Part shown: positions 12,517 to 26,759 of the stretch, in pieces
Layout: every line of letters starts with the position of its first letter
How positions within the stretch are numbered: the stretch's first letter is position 1
Origin: Lama glama
Lineage: Eukaryota
Assembly: GCA_028534125.1 (NCBI GenBank)
Contig: CM052816.1
Coordinates: forward strand, 54,500,001-54,564,000
Length of the DNA stretch: 64,000 nt
Reading direction: 5' to 3'
Position numbers and translations under genes: made by a program
Notes under the pieces: model-generated
Seen by the model: the letters and a program-made list of their open reading frames with translations, nothing else
The model's database searches: none
Told to the model about the DNA's origin: nothing

Positions 12517-13620
12517 GAGGGGAAAGAGAGAAGTAAAACTGCTTATGTTCATACATGATATCATCTTGTGCACAGAAAATCCCAAGGAATCCACATACAA
12601 AATGACTAGAGCTAATAATGAGTTTAGCAAGATTACAGGATCAATATTTTAAAATCAATTTTATGTCTATACTAGCAATGACAATTCTGAACATAACAAA
12701 TTTTAGAATTCTATTTTCAAAGCATAAACAGAATAAAATATTTAGGAATAAATCTAATAAAAGAAGTTTAAGACTTATACACTAAAAATTATAAAACATT
12801 ACTAAGAGAAATTAACGATGACGCAAATAAACCAAAAAACCCCTATTTATGGGTAGGAAAATTCCTTATTGTCAAGACGGAAATTCTCCCCAAGTTGATC
12901 TGCATATTCAACACAATCCCTATCGAAATCCCAGCAAGCTTTTTTTTTTTTTCTGGTAGAAGTTGACACACTGATCCTAAAAATTATATGGAAATACAAA
13001 GTAGGATCAAAACAATTTTGAAACAGAAGAACAAAGCTGGAAGACCTATATTACCTGATGTCAAAATTCACTAGAAAGCCACATAAATCAATACAGTGTA
13101 GTATTGTGCATGGATAGACATATAGATGAATGGATGAGAATTGAGAGTCTAGGCATAAACTCTTGCATTATGGTCAATTGATTTGTGACAAAGGCACCAA
13201 AATAACTCAATGGAGAATAGTCCTTTTTCAGCAAAAGGTGCCGGGTCTATTGCACATCTACATACAAAAACATGGACTTAGGACTTTATCTCACATCATA
13301 TATGAAAATGAACTTGACTGTATCAGAGGCCTAAACATAAGAGCTAAAACTAGAAAACTTCTAGAAAAAACACAGGAGAAAATCTTGGTAACTTTGGATT
13401 GAACAAAGAGTTCTTAGATATGACACCCCAACGATGACACAAAAGAAAAAAATGATAAACTGGACTTCACCAAAATTAAACTTTTTCAGTTTAAAAGACC
13501 ATTAAGGAAAAAAAAACTTTTTTTTAATAAGCCACAGACTAGGATAAAATATACAGGATCACAGATCTCATAAAGGGCTTGTATACGGAAGAAATGAAAA
13601 ACTCTTATAACCCATTAATA
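12517..13620 (+). mobile_element. Decayed L1 ORF2 fragment (RT to C-terminal region)
   Basis: gaagtaaaactg...agaaaatcccaaggaatccac...caatccctatcgaaatcccagc. Track ORF 13163 (YGQLICDKGTK) is ORF2-like. Many stop codons. Confidence 0.88.
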
Positions 13621-13624
13621 AGCT

Positions 13625-15232
13625 TGCTCTTTCTAAGCCAGCAAGGGAGAAGGGGTCTCCTCGAAAGACGAATTGCAATCTTCTGTAACATAATCACGTA
13701 CACATAATCACATATATCCAACTGCCCTTGCCAAATTCTACTAGTTAGAAGCATTTCACAGATACCACTCACGTTCAAGATGAGGCAATCATACAAGGAT
13801 GGAAACTAGGAGGTGGGAATGTAAGGGCTACCCTAGAATCTGTCCATCAGAGTACACCCTCTAGTCCTCAATGATTTGTGTCCCTTACACTTGAAAAATA
13901 CATTTATTCCCTCCCAATTTCCCCAAGAACCTCACACCATTACAGCATCTGCTCAAAGTCTAGAATCTCACCATCTGAATCAGGTCCAAGTATGGATGAG
14001 GCTTCCTGAGTACAGTTACTCCCAATCTATAAAACTAAGGACAAGCTATCTGACTCCCAACACACCCAACACACAATAGAGAAACAGGTACAGTAAAATA
14101 GTTATAGACTTTCCGCTTAAAAGGGGAACTGGGAAATGGAAAGTAAAAAAGGAGTTATTGATTGAAGTCATTTTGAAATTCAGCCTAGCAAACTCTTGCC
14201 AGAGTTCTTTGATTAGATTCCAAGGCCAGGGAATAATCCACAATCGGTCTGAGTTCTGCCCTCTGAGTTATGTTTCCTTTTTCATGAAAGGTGGCACATT
14301 TGCAGTGGAGCAGCTTTATCATCCTGCTTCCTGCCATTAGAATTCTGGAGATCCAACAGCCTCCTTTCATTTTATACTCTTTCTGTCCCTTTCAGTTTAA
14401 GCTGGCAGTGCTCTGACTGAAGTAAATTTCTTAAACACTTGGTGGGTCTCCTGTCAATTTCCCTTACCCAAAAGCAACATCAACAGTTCTTTCTGAGACA
14501 GGAGCCCCTTTACCTAAGGTAAAGATGCTGAGATGGTTAAGAGAAAGCTCAAAGAGACTTTTTCAAGGCCTAATTGTGTGAGAAGTTGTATGAGGCACAC
14601 CCTTGATCTCTAGAGAGGGCCTGTAGTGTGACTAAATACTATTCTGATCCCTTGATCTTCCTGAGGTTTTAACAAAAGCTGTACAATCACCATTTTTTTT
14701 TTTTTCTAGGCCAGGGCTTATCTCTATGCCGCATGCTCGGAAGTCATTTCTTAATTTTAACATCTTTTGTCATCTGGAGAGACTGAGAATTTTCAAAATC
14801 ATCAAGCCCTAGTTCCTTTTTGTTTAACAAGTTTTCTCCTCAATTTATCTTTCTCCTTGCATTTTACTATACACAGCAAGAAACCAGGGGCACCTTCATC
14901 ACTTTGCGTGGACATCTTGGCTAGGTCACCAAGCTCATCAGTTTCTTGTTCTGCTTTATACATATTTGCAGGAAACAACTTTGCTAAGCTTTCTGTTACT
15001 ACCTAACAAGGAACCCTCTTCCTCCAGTTTCCAACACCATGTTTCTCACTTCCTTTTGCACCCTCACTGGCAGCATCCTCCAAGTTTGAATTTCTACTAA
15101 CAGTCTGTTTGAGGCAACTCAGGCTTTCTCTACCACACTCCTCAAAATTCTTCCAGCCTCTAAGCAGTTCCAAGTCAATTTCACCGCTTTAGGTATTTGT
15201 TATAGCAGCTCTCCACTTTCAAGTGCCAAAAT
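13625..15232 (-). mobile_element. MaLR (MLT1-type) partial LTR plus internal sequence
   Basis: MLT1-like LTR end (ttgccaaattctactagttagaagc...aggaggtggg) followed by MaLR-internal-like sequence ending aggtatttgttatagcagc...gtgccaaaat. Confidence 0.65.
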
Positions 15233-15989
15233 GTAACCTTGCATTTTGAAATTTAATTGATTAGATCTGTTAGAATTTTAAGTAAATGGAAAGGTTTTGT
15301 ATGTAAGAAATTTCAAAACCCAACACCTCCAATGTGAGCTACTCAGAGATAATATTTTTTGCTTTTGAGTTTGACAAAATTACTATATTACTAGGAAAGT
15401 AAAGAAATATGTATTTTTAAAGATACTCTTTCTTTAGGAGAATATATCAGAATACACATAAGAGTACGTATAGTGATAAAGGAGAAATAAATTTAAATAT
15501 ATTAGTACTTTATAACAGTTTAAGTTTAAATATAATAGAGTTGTAATCGTTGTGATGATTCATATGTATGTTTCTACTTTTACAGGCATTTGTAGCATTT
15601 AAAAGATTCAGAGAGGATACTCACGATTTCAGGAGACTTCAGTTAGTCTGTAAATTAATGTTTAAATGTCTGGAAAATGTTGTATTTGTTAAATTCCTAA
15701 GTTTTAATATTTCAGTCGTATAAGGAGTGTTAGGCTTCTTAGAGGAATACCATTTAATCGACTTATACAATTACTAAATCCAGTGTTAAAGTACAAACAG
15801 CAGTGATTGTGCCTCTACAGGTTCAGAGGCCCCTCTGACATTAAAGAATTTAATCAGATGCACGCATTCCAGAATGATTCGTGCAGGAGACACAGAAAGC
15901 AGCAGAATTAAGGCGACAAGACCCAGGACCCCGTTCCTATCAGCTATTTGAAGGAAAAACCTGGTTGGCAGCTCTGTAATGCTGCTGTC

Positions 15990-16010
15990 CTGACGCCCTC
16001 TAGTGGTTCA
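15990..16010 (-). promoter_or_regulatory. CTCF-binding motif
   Basis: The minus strand reads TGAACCACTAGAGGGCGTCA, a near-perfect match to the CCASYAGRKGGCR core (15994-16006). Confidence 0.65.
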
Positions 16011-18119
16011 AGCCGCGAAGCCCACCTTTCCTGAGCACGAGGAGAAAAATGCTCTATTGCTAGGTCATCTGGCTCTCCAAGAAGTTTCCCCTGATTAGCC
16101 AGACCAAACAAAAACTAAAACAACATAATTTCTTCTGTCAACGTTCTTGTGAGATATTTATCAGTCTTTGCACGAATACTTCCTGCGTCGCTAGGCGCCT
16201 CATTCTGCTTTGAATAGCTCTAATAATTGTAAGATGCTTCCTTCTTTTCAGCGGACACTCCATCCCTGCAACCTGTGCTCACTGGCTCTGTGTTTGCCCT
16301 CCGGAGCTGCAGGGCACAATTCTAGTCTACCACCTGACAGCACTTCAAATATTTGAAAACGGCTTCTTGTCCTCTCCCTGCCCCCAGCTTATCGTCTCCA
16401 GGCCAACGCACGTGGTTCCCTCAACTGCTCCTCTTTTGACCCAGTTTCCAGGTTCTGTCCCAATTGCTCTCCTCTTGGAGGCATTTCCGCTTTGTCCTCA
16501 TCCCCTGAAAGCACACTGGCGGCAAGAACGGCCTCCACCCCCGCCCCCAGAGGTGGCCCACCTGGCCCAGAGGGCGGAGGGGCAGGCGCCCCCCGCCCCC
16601 GCCCCTCAGTGCTGTTTGGAGCAGCCTTCTCCAACGATGGCTGGGAGGCTGCGATTTCACTTGTCTGCATTTTCCCACTTGCCTTACTTTACCCTCTTTG
16701 TAGCCCTGCAGTATTTTCTGTATTTGGACAGAACTCATCAGTTTCCCAAATAATACTCTATGCAAACCATCCGGACAGAGACCAGGTCTGGATGAACTTG
16801 GCTTGCTACTGAGCAGAGCCTGAAAAAACCTCAAGAATGACTTGTTGTCTTGTGAGAATGAAGCTTGGTACCTTGAGACTGGATTCTGATCTTCACGTCG
16901 GGGACATCTGACTAGCCTAAATCCCTTCTGCTGTAGCTTAAGCTCATTTTTTCCCCCTCTCTTATCTCTCTCTGTGGACACAGAGAAGAAAGACTTGGTG
17001 TCAATAATGTAACATCACTTTATAGTCTGAAGACTGATATTCAGTCTACTCACACATCTCTTCTCTGAACTAATGCAGACTTTTCCCTGAAGGGCTATTT
17101 TTCAAAACCTTTCATCATTTACTTAGTCTCCCCTGGCTCCTTTCCAATTTCTTTGTAACATCCTACACTTATGGGCCCCAGGACCGAACAGTATGTTTTA
17201 ATGACTGATATTGGCTATAGATTAAGAGTTATATCTGTGAAAATATTTCCATTACAACATAGCTCATTGTACAAAGATTTATATACCTAAGGAGCTCCTG
17301 GCAGGCACATAACAAGTTATTTTTCCAAACTTTCTTTGTAGTCCAGTCATTTGAAATTCGGGCACATTTTCCCACGGAAACAATGATCTGTCTGGTCCCT
17401 GGGTCCCAGGCCCCAGCCAACAAAAGTCAGTTTAGGTCACAGAGCAGTAAGGATAGCAGGTTGAACTTAGAGAAGAAGAATTCTCTGATCTTAAGCTTCA
17501 GAGACTCAGGAAGATGCAATGGGAATTTCTTCCTCGGTGTCTCAGCAGAGGCTACTCTTTGGGAACATTTTGAAATGGGTATTTTCCCACGTTCTTTCCT
17601 GGCTCTCTCCCACCTCTTCGGGTCCTTACCCCAGCCTCCTCGTTCCTGAAATCCTAATGCTGCCAGAAGTCTCCTGGGGTGCTGCCTCACTCAGCTGTCC
17701 CTACATCCCCCACTGCTTCAGTACATCTGAGCTCCCCTCTCCCATGACCCCAGCATCCATTCCCTGAGGAAAGCCAAGTTCAGGTGAGGTCAGCATGACA
17801 GGCTTCTCACCAGATCAGTTGCATGAATGAATTCTCAATGATACCTCTGTTTTTAAATGGATATCTTAGATATTCAAAAGATTCTCATTTGTGCAATTTC
17901 AGGCAGTGTCAGAAAAGGAAAAAATACAGGTTATATGAGGGAAGATTTTGGTGCATATAGAAGCCATTATAGTAGATACACTTGTTCTGCCCAATGGGAG
18001 CATATCCCAAATGGTACCTTCTTTCCACGGATCCCCTCCCTCCATTTCTGAATCTCAGATTATAGGCTCCATGTTGTTTTTCAGGAGTTCCAAGATTTTT
18101 TGAATTGTTTTTATTTTGA

Positions 18120-18460
18120 GAAATTGCTATTCTTTTAAGAAATTGAGTGAAAGCAATGGAACAAAAGAAAAAAGAGCACATACTGTAGGATTCCATTTAT
18201 ATAAAATTCTAGGAAAAGCAAACTAATCTGCAGTGATAGAAAGCAAACCAGTGGTTGCCCAAGTTCAAGGGAGGAAGGAGAAATGGAGTACAAAGGGGCC
18301 TGAGGAAACAGCTGGAGGTGATGGAAACGTTCATTGTCTTCATGTGGTAAAGGTTTCATGGGCACATACATCTGTGAAAATGTATCACACTGTACACTTA
18401 AAATATGTGTAGTTTCTTGACATCATTTTCACCTCAAAGAAGTCGTAAGAAAAGAAAAAT
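18120..18460 (+). mobile_element. L1MC/MD-like 3' end
   Basis: catactgtaggattccatttatataaaattctaggaaaagcaaactaatc...ctgtacacttaaaatatgtg followed by an A-rich end. Confidence 0.75.
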
Positions 18461-21400
18461 TCAAGAAGACTAACATGTATGCAAACATATTTTTTCTTAG
18501 AATTGACACTTATTAGCAGTTTATCATCTTTGCCTCAGTAGTGTTTATATAAAAGAAATGAAATAAAAAGATAATAGTGTTATCTACTGAACACTATTTA
18601 GCTAAATAATTTGAGTTAAATTTAAAATTAAACTCAATTTAACTTAAAACCAGCCACAGTTCTATTTCTTCACCCCAACCATGAATAGAAGCAACTACCA
18701 TGAATTTCGTGCATATCCCAATCATCTGTGGTCATTTTACATGGATATATGTGTTCTTAAATAATACATCTTATTTATGTGTCTTTTAAAATTCACATAA
18801 ATAACATGTACATTTCATTCCACAAATTTCTTGTTTCTTACATGAGGCTATGAGTTGACATTACATAGAGATATTTAATGTATGGATGTATTATGTTACA
18901 TATAGCTACAAACCATTCCTTCTAATGCCTGTTAAAACAATTGATATCCTAATATAATGGAATATTATAATTCATATCACCATACACTAGATTATGATAA
19001 AATTCATATCACAATACAATATGAAAATACCACATTTTATTTATCCACTCCCCCTTTGATAGGCATTTCAGTTGTTTTCAATTTTTCATAATTACAAGCA
19101 ATATTATAATAAGCTGCAAGGTTTTGGAAACAGATCTCACGGTATATGCAGTAGGAGTTACGGGGTAGTGGCCACAAAGTAAGTGTACAGATGGGTTTGC
19201 TCTGAATCAGACACTCGTAAGGCGGCATGTGCCACTTCAAGGATCTGTGGACTCCACAGAAGTAGCCAAAGGCAAATATGACCCTTTCTCCAGATTGCAG
19301 CTGAACGAAGTGCCTCTGTGATGTATGCTACAGAGCTGGAGATGATTCAGAGGACAACTCCAGTGGCTCACAGAGATTAAATCTGAGTTGGACACACTAG
19401 GGATCCAAAGCAGATGACCTTCAAGGTGGAGCAAATGACTTTAGCAACAAGCCATGAGCAATTCAACTGCTGTTTAAATTCTCAAGGCTTTTCATGTTAA
19501 ATGAGCATCAGAAAATGCACACGCACTGCTTCTAGATTCCTGTTGATATATGTGTTCCCACCCTGCCTTGCTTGTCACAGTATTCAGATCCTTTGGTTGT
19601 GCTTAGTTTTTACTTTCTTGATTTGGTAAAGTCTCGGTGGAGCATGTTAAAGCCTCCATTTGGAGTGTGTTTCTAACAAATTTTACTTTGTATATTTTGA
19701 TGCACTGTGATTCAGCATATATAGATTCCCAAATGTTAGGTCTTTCTTGTGAATTTTACCTTTCATTCTTATGTAAAATTTTATCTCAAAGGTGTAAAGA
19801 GAACCTCCTGGATTTCAGTGGACTAAGATGATGCAGAAGAGTCCTCCTTCAGCTATGACCACACAGAAACACTGGACAAATTGGCACATATATATGAGAG
19901 CATTAAGCAGGGGTCAGTGCCACTGTAGCTTATGCAGGGTTTGGACCAGCTGGGGATTTTAACACCCTTGCAGGCCAATAAGATGCTGCTTCCCTGAGCA
20001 AGGAAGGCAGTGGAAATCGGTAATCAAGCACTCCGCAAAATTTGAGTTCCCAAGGGTGCTATTACTGGCAAAACCAGGCTCAAACAAGTTTCTTTGTCTC
20101 CAGGCTATAGGCAAAAAAAGAGGTTCCTCCACAAAAACTTGAAACCATGCCTGTATCATACAATGACATGGGTACTGAAATTTTCACTATGAGACAGAAA
20201 TACCAAGCTGAGACAAAGCGTAAAAGGTAGTTGAGAACTGGTGATATCTCCAGGACTCCAACAGAAGCAAACTTGCAGCCACAGTGAAGGGACAATCTAA
20301 GAATCCCAGGCACACAGTCCTTCCTCAAGAGAAAAAAAAAAAAGCCCTGCTGAATATAAGCTCATAACAAAAATTACAGATCACTGAAGGAAACTATCCA
20401 GGGTCCGATCGTGAAATTAACATGAGAATTAATGCCCCAAGAAGTAGAGAAAACAAATCAAGCTATAGATGACTATAAAGTAAGTGTGTTTCAGATGACT
20501 TAGAAGATGAAAGAAGGATGAGAAAATATAATGAAAAACAGGTCATGGAAAAAGAAAAGGCAGATTTGGAAAAAAGCCGAATAGTTCTTTTATAAAAGAA
20601 ACATATCCATTGAAAGACAGAACTATATAGATTTATTTAATAACCAAGTAGAAAATAAGAAAACTGGAACTAAGGAATGTAGCACAGAGATAAAAATGGG
20701 GGGAAGAATGAGGAGTTGAAGAATCACAAAGGACAGACTCATAAGTAACAGAAAGGATATCAGACAGGAGTTACAGAGGAGTGAACAGGAAATTGCAAAG
20801 GAAGTGATAATGACAGAGAATTTTTTCAGAATTGACAAAAGACAGGGTTCTTAGATTCAGGAGTACTGTATCTCTTAGATTATCTCACAGAATCTATTGC
20901 GTAACAAACCACCCCCGAATCCGGTGGATTAAAACAGCCACCATTTATTTAAGTCATAATTCTGCAGGTGAGCAACTTGGGCGTGGCTCTGCCGAGAGAT
21001 TACTCAGGCGTCTGCGGGGCAGTGGCCTTTACTCACTTTAGCCAAATGAGAAAGAAAGAGGAAGAGAAGGGGCCATCCCTGGAGGCCTCCCTGTTTCCCT
21101 TGGCAACTATCAAGCTGAAGACACGTTAGCCTCACTGTGCCCAAGGGCCTGTGTGATCTGATTTCATATTTTGCAGCTGTGTTTTCAAATGGACTGTTGT
21201 GGAGCACGTTCTGCCCTTTTGCACAGATTGTGACAGATGTTGACTTACTGGGAACAACTTGGTTCCAAGAGGGAAGTTGGCGTCATTTACATTAATGACT
21301 TGATATTTCTCTGCCTCTGTGGCAAGCCTGGGGTAACTAACTGTTAGTTTTATCTATGCCCACTTCACCCTCCAAATTCAGCTCCAAATATATAAATAAG

Positions 21401-24289
21401 AATCTGAAAAGAAAAAAATACATATCTGTGTATATAGAACTGAATAACTTTGCTGTACACCTGAAACTAACACTGTAAACCAACTACACTTCGAACAAAC
21501 AATCACTTTGGTCAGTGCTAAAATTTGCTCTTTGAGGACTGCAGTGCTAAGACTTTCTTTTTGGGATTTTGGTTAATGTTTAAAAGAGTCAACAAGAATT
21601 GTATTTCCATTTAAATAATCATGTAGATTGATGAACGGGCAAAGTAAGAAAGATAGGGCTGGATTGTGAGAAATAAAAGCAGGTAGAAAAATGGATGATG
21701 CTGATTAATTCAAAGGAGAAAACAAGAGGGTTTTCCTAGGGCTTCCTACAGCATGAGCCTCTGTTCCTCTCAGCCAAGAAGTGGAAGCTAGAAGGTAATC
21801 TGTTTTTCCTAAATAAATTCCACACTAGAGTCTTTGATAAACAAACTCATGGGAAATAAGGAAAACTTGTCAATGATCACAACAGACTTTAGAGTGAGAG
21901 CAGCCCATTTACCTCTGTGCTGGAAACGCCTTGTCCTGGAAAGGGCTCTCTTCACACAACTGTTCTACTCAAAACACACAAGCTATTGGGCAAAGGAAAA
22001 AAAAAAAAAGCAAGAGGGCCAAGAAGGTGAAGTGTCACTTGTCCTAAGAAACTCCTAACTCCTACTAACACTTAGGACCTGAAAGCAAGGACAGAGGGTG
22101 CAGGGTTAGGGAGGGGTGCGGCGCTTCAGGATGAGAGGGGCTAGGGAGACGGCATCCTTAGGCTCCAAATTTCCACGGATGGTACCTCTCTCAGATATTC
22201 AGATTCCTCATCCCCATGAGTTCCCCTGGACTTGTCATATCAGAGGTTTGGATACACGGTTTTGAAAATGTGGTCACTATCAGCATGGGCAGCCTAAGTG
22301 CCACCAAAGTGGAAGGAGTTTCTCCTGCTACCTGGGCAACCACTTACTTTTCATGATTTCATGGGCAACACACCTGTGCCTTTGCTCTGGGTAGTCTATG
22401 GATTTGGTGTCCCACTTGGCCATCTCAGACTCTGAAGTCTCCCCTTTGCTTTAATAATAACCAGTCTCTAGCTCTACCACCACCTCCACCACACCCTACT
22501 TTAGTCCTCCTGTAAGGGAGAATAAGACCCAGATTGAGAGAGACATACAAAATGTGAGGGCAAAGTACACAGAGCTCATAGCTAGGGCCAGAGTGTGACT
22601 TTCTGAGACTTCGGTGAAGTGGTCTTTTCTGCAGAGGACACAGAGGGCACTTGCTAACTCTGGACTGGCCACTGCTGTTCCTTACTTGATGTTAAGACAC
22701 TGAGGAGCAGGAGGCAGTCTTCTTTAAGGCAGTGGCATCAACACAGGTCTGACACCACCACTAGAAGAACATGTGCAGAAATTCAAGTAAGCTGCTTCCA
22801 TCTTGACTCTGCCTTGGCCAGCCCATGAACACTGGAGCACCTCATATCTATCCCCTCTCTCCCATCTCACTGAGTCCACCTCAACCCAACTACAGTTCCC
22901 AGCCAATTTTTGAAAAGACTGTTTGGAAAAGTGTTCTTTCCTAGCCTGATCATGCTTTCTGCTCTGGGCGTTCAATCCGGCTGCATCTATGCACACCTGC
23001 ACTGTTGGTTCTCCAAATCCTCCCAGGCCAGGCTCTCCTGGCATAATCTACACAAGCCACTTATGAATTAGGCATTCACTCTTTTAACATGAAAGGAGCC
23101 TGAGGGAGACTTTCAGTTTTAAATGGTAGAGAAAAGTTCTTTCTTTTTCCTCCTTTCCCACCTCAGCAACAAGTAAAATGAGAAACAGACATACACATGC
23201 TGCACTGATAAAACCAGTAGGCCCTTCTGTTCTCCAGACACAATATATGAAGAAGAAGAAAACGGGAAAATTCTGGCCTGAGCAGAGTAGAGAAAGGTGG
23301 GACTTAAGAGCCCACCGAGAATGAAAGCACCAAGAAGCAAACTGAATTTGCAATGCAGGACCCCTGAAAGGCTGAGGACTTGAGGCACTTGTTGGAGAGG
23401 GTTAGCTGGTGAAAATAGGGACATTCATTCAAAATCCATTTAATTTGGTTCTTATCCTCAATCCAAACAAAGAGATAAAAACCCTTCCTTACATATATAT
23501 TTTTGGGAAAAAAATGAATCAGAAAGCTTTTAGTATGATGGAAGTTAGATTCCAGAGTGAAAATACTGAATGATGCAAATGTCCTCCTCATACCAGCTGC
23601 AAAAATGCCAGAAGCTTGGCTCAGATTGGAAGATTCTTCTCTCTAGACATTAATGGTCCCAGAGGTGTCCAACAGACACTGACATCTGAGTCCCCCCGCC
23701 CCCAGAAATAGCCAGCTTAATGCCTTAATACACACGGCAGTGAAGCCAAGGGGTCACAAGCCCTCCCCAAGCTCACAGGCTGTCCACTTAGCTGGTTAAT
23801 GCCTAACTCTCAAATAAGTAAGAGGAAGTTCACCAATGTCAAGGATAAATAAACACATCAAAGACCAAAAAGCAAGAAATAACAACCTTAGATAAGAAGA
23901 GAAAGTGCATTCAGGAAATAAAAACAGATACCATAGAAAACAAATAACTAGAAAATAAGAATGAACTCTTGGAAATAAAGAATAAGAGAACTGAAATTTT
24001 TAAAGTTGATAAAAAATGTTGATGATAAAGTTGAGGAAGTTCCCAGAAAGTAGAATAAAAAAACAAAGATATGGACTAAAGAAAAGATAGGAAAATAGAA
24101 GCTTGATCCTGAAGGTCCAATATTCAACTAACAGTAATTCCAGAAAGAGAAATTTGGAAAGAAGATTTGAACAGAAGAAATAAGATTTCCTCTAACTGAA
24201 AGTCCTGAGTCCCTTAATGGAAAGGGACCCCCAAGGATCTAGCACAGTGAACAAAAACTAAACCAAGTCATAGTATATCAATTGCTATT

Positions 24290-25890
24290 AACAAAAAACG
24301 CAATGGGACAGAGCCTCTGAGCAGCATCAAGAGGACATTAGACGTACAAGAGATTTCCTGGGGGAAATACCCATGAAAGATAAATAAAGAGCAAGAGTAG
24401 ACGGGAAGAACCTTCGGATCACAACGCAGGTCTGAGCCCTGTGAAAGCAGAGTGGAAAGAGAGGCTTGAGTAGGAAAAGCTTCAGACCCAGAACAGTTCT
24501 GAAAATGTCTCAGCCAGGCCGAAGAGGAGTTCGTGAGCCAAAGACTGTTCATGAGAGGGGCCCCACCTCAGGCAGGCACAGCCTGGCTCTAGCACCCTCA
24601 CCTTCCTTATTCAGTTGTTGGCTGGAAGCTGCCTAAGGGAAGTATGGCCTCTCTGTTCACACAGTGTTGGATCCAGAGGTCTGGCAGCTGGGCTCTCAGA
24701 CAATTATGCTTTACATGGCAGACTACCTTAAAGGGACATCTAAGCAGTGCACCTCTATGACCACCACAGCCCATTTCTTGCCCTGGACAGGTCAAGTTCT
24801 CCATGGTTCCTATGGGCCTCTCTCCCAGGGGAGAAACTTAGAAGAGGGAAGTTATGGGGAGAACTACTGCTCCTAATGCTGCCATTTGTCTTGAGGTCAC
24901 AGACAGTCCCCATTCTCTCTCACCTGCACTGCCCAATCTCAATTCCCCTCCCCATCAGCTGTCATTTCTGCAGCTTTTGGTGGCTGACCTGATGGGGTGA
25001 CCCAAACTTTCATTCTAGAGAGGTCTTAGTAATCACCTTCCTTTCAGGCAGAATTTGTTGCCTGTACCTGTTCGAAGATTGAGCAAGGGTGGAAAAAGGG
25101 ATGTCCATGAGGATCACTTGAGACCCAAACACATTTCCTCCTTGCCCCCATTGTGTAAAAGTAGCTCCTCCTGCTCCCGCTCATCAGAGTCAGTTATGTC
25201 TGCCTAGAGGATGACTCCTCTTTTCACCTGCTGGTCATTGGCTATAAGACATCCAAAAAGTCAAAGCAGATAGTTTAAGCAGACCCTTGCTGTGTCTCCT
25301 GTCAAGAGTGCACTACATCGGGGTAGCAGGACCTCTAGTCCCTCAGAGCCCAGAGTTGTGGAGACAGGAAAGATAAAGTTCCCCAGTGAGTCTTTGGGAC
25401 TGGCTATACATGGTACCACTCCTGCTTCCACCATTTGGTCCCCAGACCCATATATTCTTCCTACTGAGGATGCACATAATATGGAGAACTTGATTTAATG
25501 TATATAATGCTCCCTGAAGGACAGGACCCTATCCTTTCAAGGTATAATTATAGCCAAACTGGAGTAACAACTGTGCCTTAGAAACCACTCCAGTGCTTTA
25601 TGAAGCTTGCTCCTTCTAGATGATGCTATATGTGAAATGACCAGTGGATCCCACAGTCACGAACCTACTCTCATGCCTCCTTTATTATGAAGTGGGTCTG
25701 CTGTTCGACATTATGTTTCATGACTAAGATCAAGCATTCCATGACTCCTCAGACACTGGTGCTTGCTGAAGCCCTGTGAGCACCAACAGCAAAGCTACAG
25801 CCAGAACAGGTATCCAACCCCACGAGGATGGACTGCTGAGCCTTCCAGCATAAAGGGGGCCCAACGTGGTAGACTTGCCACTAAGTAGCC
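24290..25890 (-). mobile_element. ERV-L provirus remnant: LTR (about 24290-24760, LTR33/41-like) plus internal pol/dUTPase relic
   Basis: Minus-strand translations G*GPVLQGALYTLNQ and VGRIYGSGDQMVEAGVVP (about 25540-25410) and PKDSLGNFIFPVSTTLGSEGLEVLLPRCSALLTGDTARV (25398-25282) match the recalled HERV-L integrase end and dUTPase region (VLQKAVYALNQ, IARIHGSRNQGVE, AGLEVLVPEGGTLPPGDT). Confidence 0.8.
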
Positions 25891-26279
25891 AGTTGGGAAT
25901 GAAAAAGTTTGATTTTCCAACTCAGCAATTCCTTGGCTCTCTCATTCCATTGACATTTTCCTTGCAAAATGGCTGGTTCATTTAAGAACTCATCTCTTTT
26001 TCATAGTCCTATTTTGTGCAGCTAAATACAACTAGCTCACACTTTCATCATTTTTTCGAAGATCTTTCAGCACAAATGCAAATATTTTTAGGTGAACGTT
26101 CTAACTTCCAAGTTACTAAATATAAAACATTTCATCCCTACATAACACAGATCTATGTTTTCTTTCTAGCCTCATTTTAGGCTTCTTTTGCCCACCGCCC
26201 ATCCCCAAATCAATGCCACTTGTTTGTTCCTTATGTCTGTATTCTACCACTTATGCCAATTTCTAATACCAATTAGACA

Positions 26280-26740
26280 CCAATTTCTGACACCAAAAGC
26301 TATTGCCATAAAATGCTATCTGACAAACATCCAAAACCTCAGTGGCTCAAAATAACCACAATTTATTATCATTGATCTGTGAGTCAGCTGAGGGTTGGCA
26401 GGTCTCAGCTAGGCTCAGCTGGGCAGCTCTGCTGACTGAGGTTGAACGTGGCCAGGACTGATTGGCTTTGTTCCATGTATTACTCATTCTTCTCCTAGAC
26501 CCAGTGAATTAGTTATTAGCATGTTCTGTTGCTTCTGATGACAAAGCATGAGTGAGCAAGCTCAACCACGTAAGTGCTCTTCAAGCCTCTGCTTGTAGCA
26601 TATCTGCTAACATCCCATTAGCTGAAGTAAGCCACACGGCCAAGCCTAGAATCAAACAGCAGGGAAGCACACTCCATTTATCTAAGTGGGAGTGAGTGGG
26701 AAGAACAGTGAATATTTCTGAGCAATAATCTAATCTACCA
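26280..26740 (-). mobile_element. MLT1-family MaLR LTR
   Basis: aaaacctcagtggctcaaaataac...ctgctaacatcccattagctgaagtaagccacacggccaagc...gaatatttctgagcaataatc. Confidence 0.7.
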
Positions 26741-26759
26741 TATATGCTCTTGTGGATTT

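Noticed and set aside
18611..18637. AT-rich imperfect palindrome TTGAGTT...AACTCAA
   Set aside because: Short, low-complexity and within L1-derived DNA, so plausible by chance.
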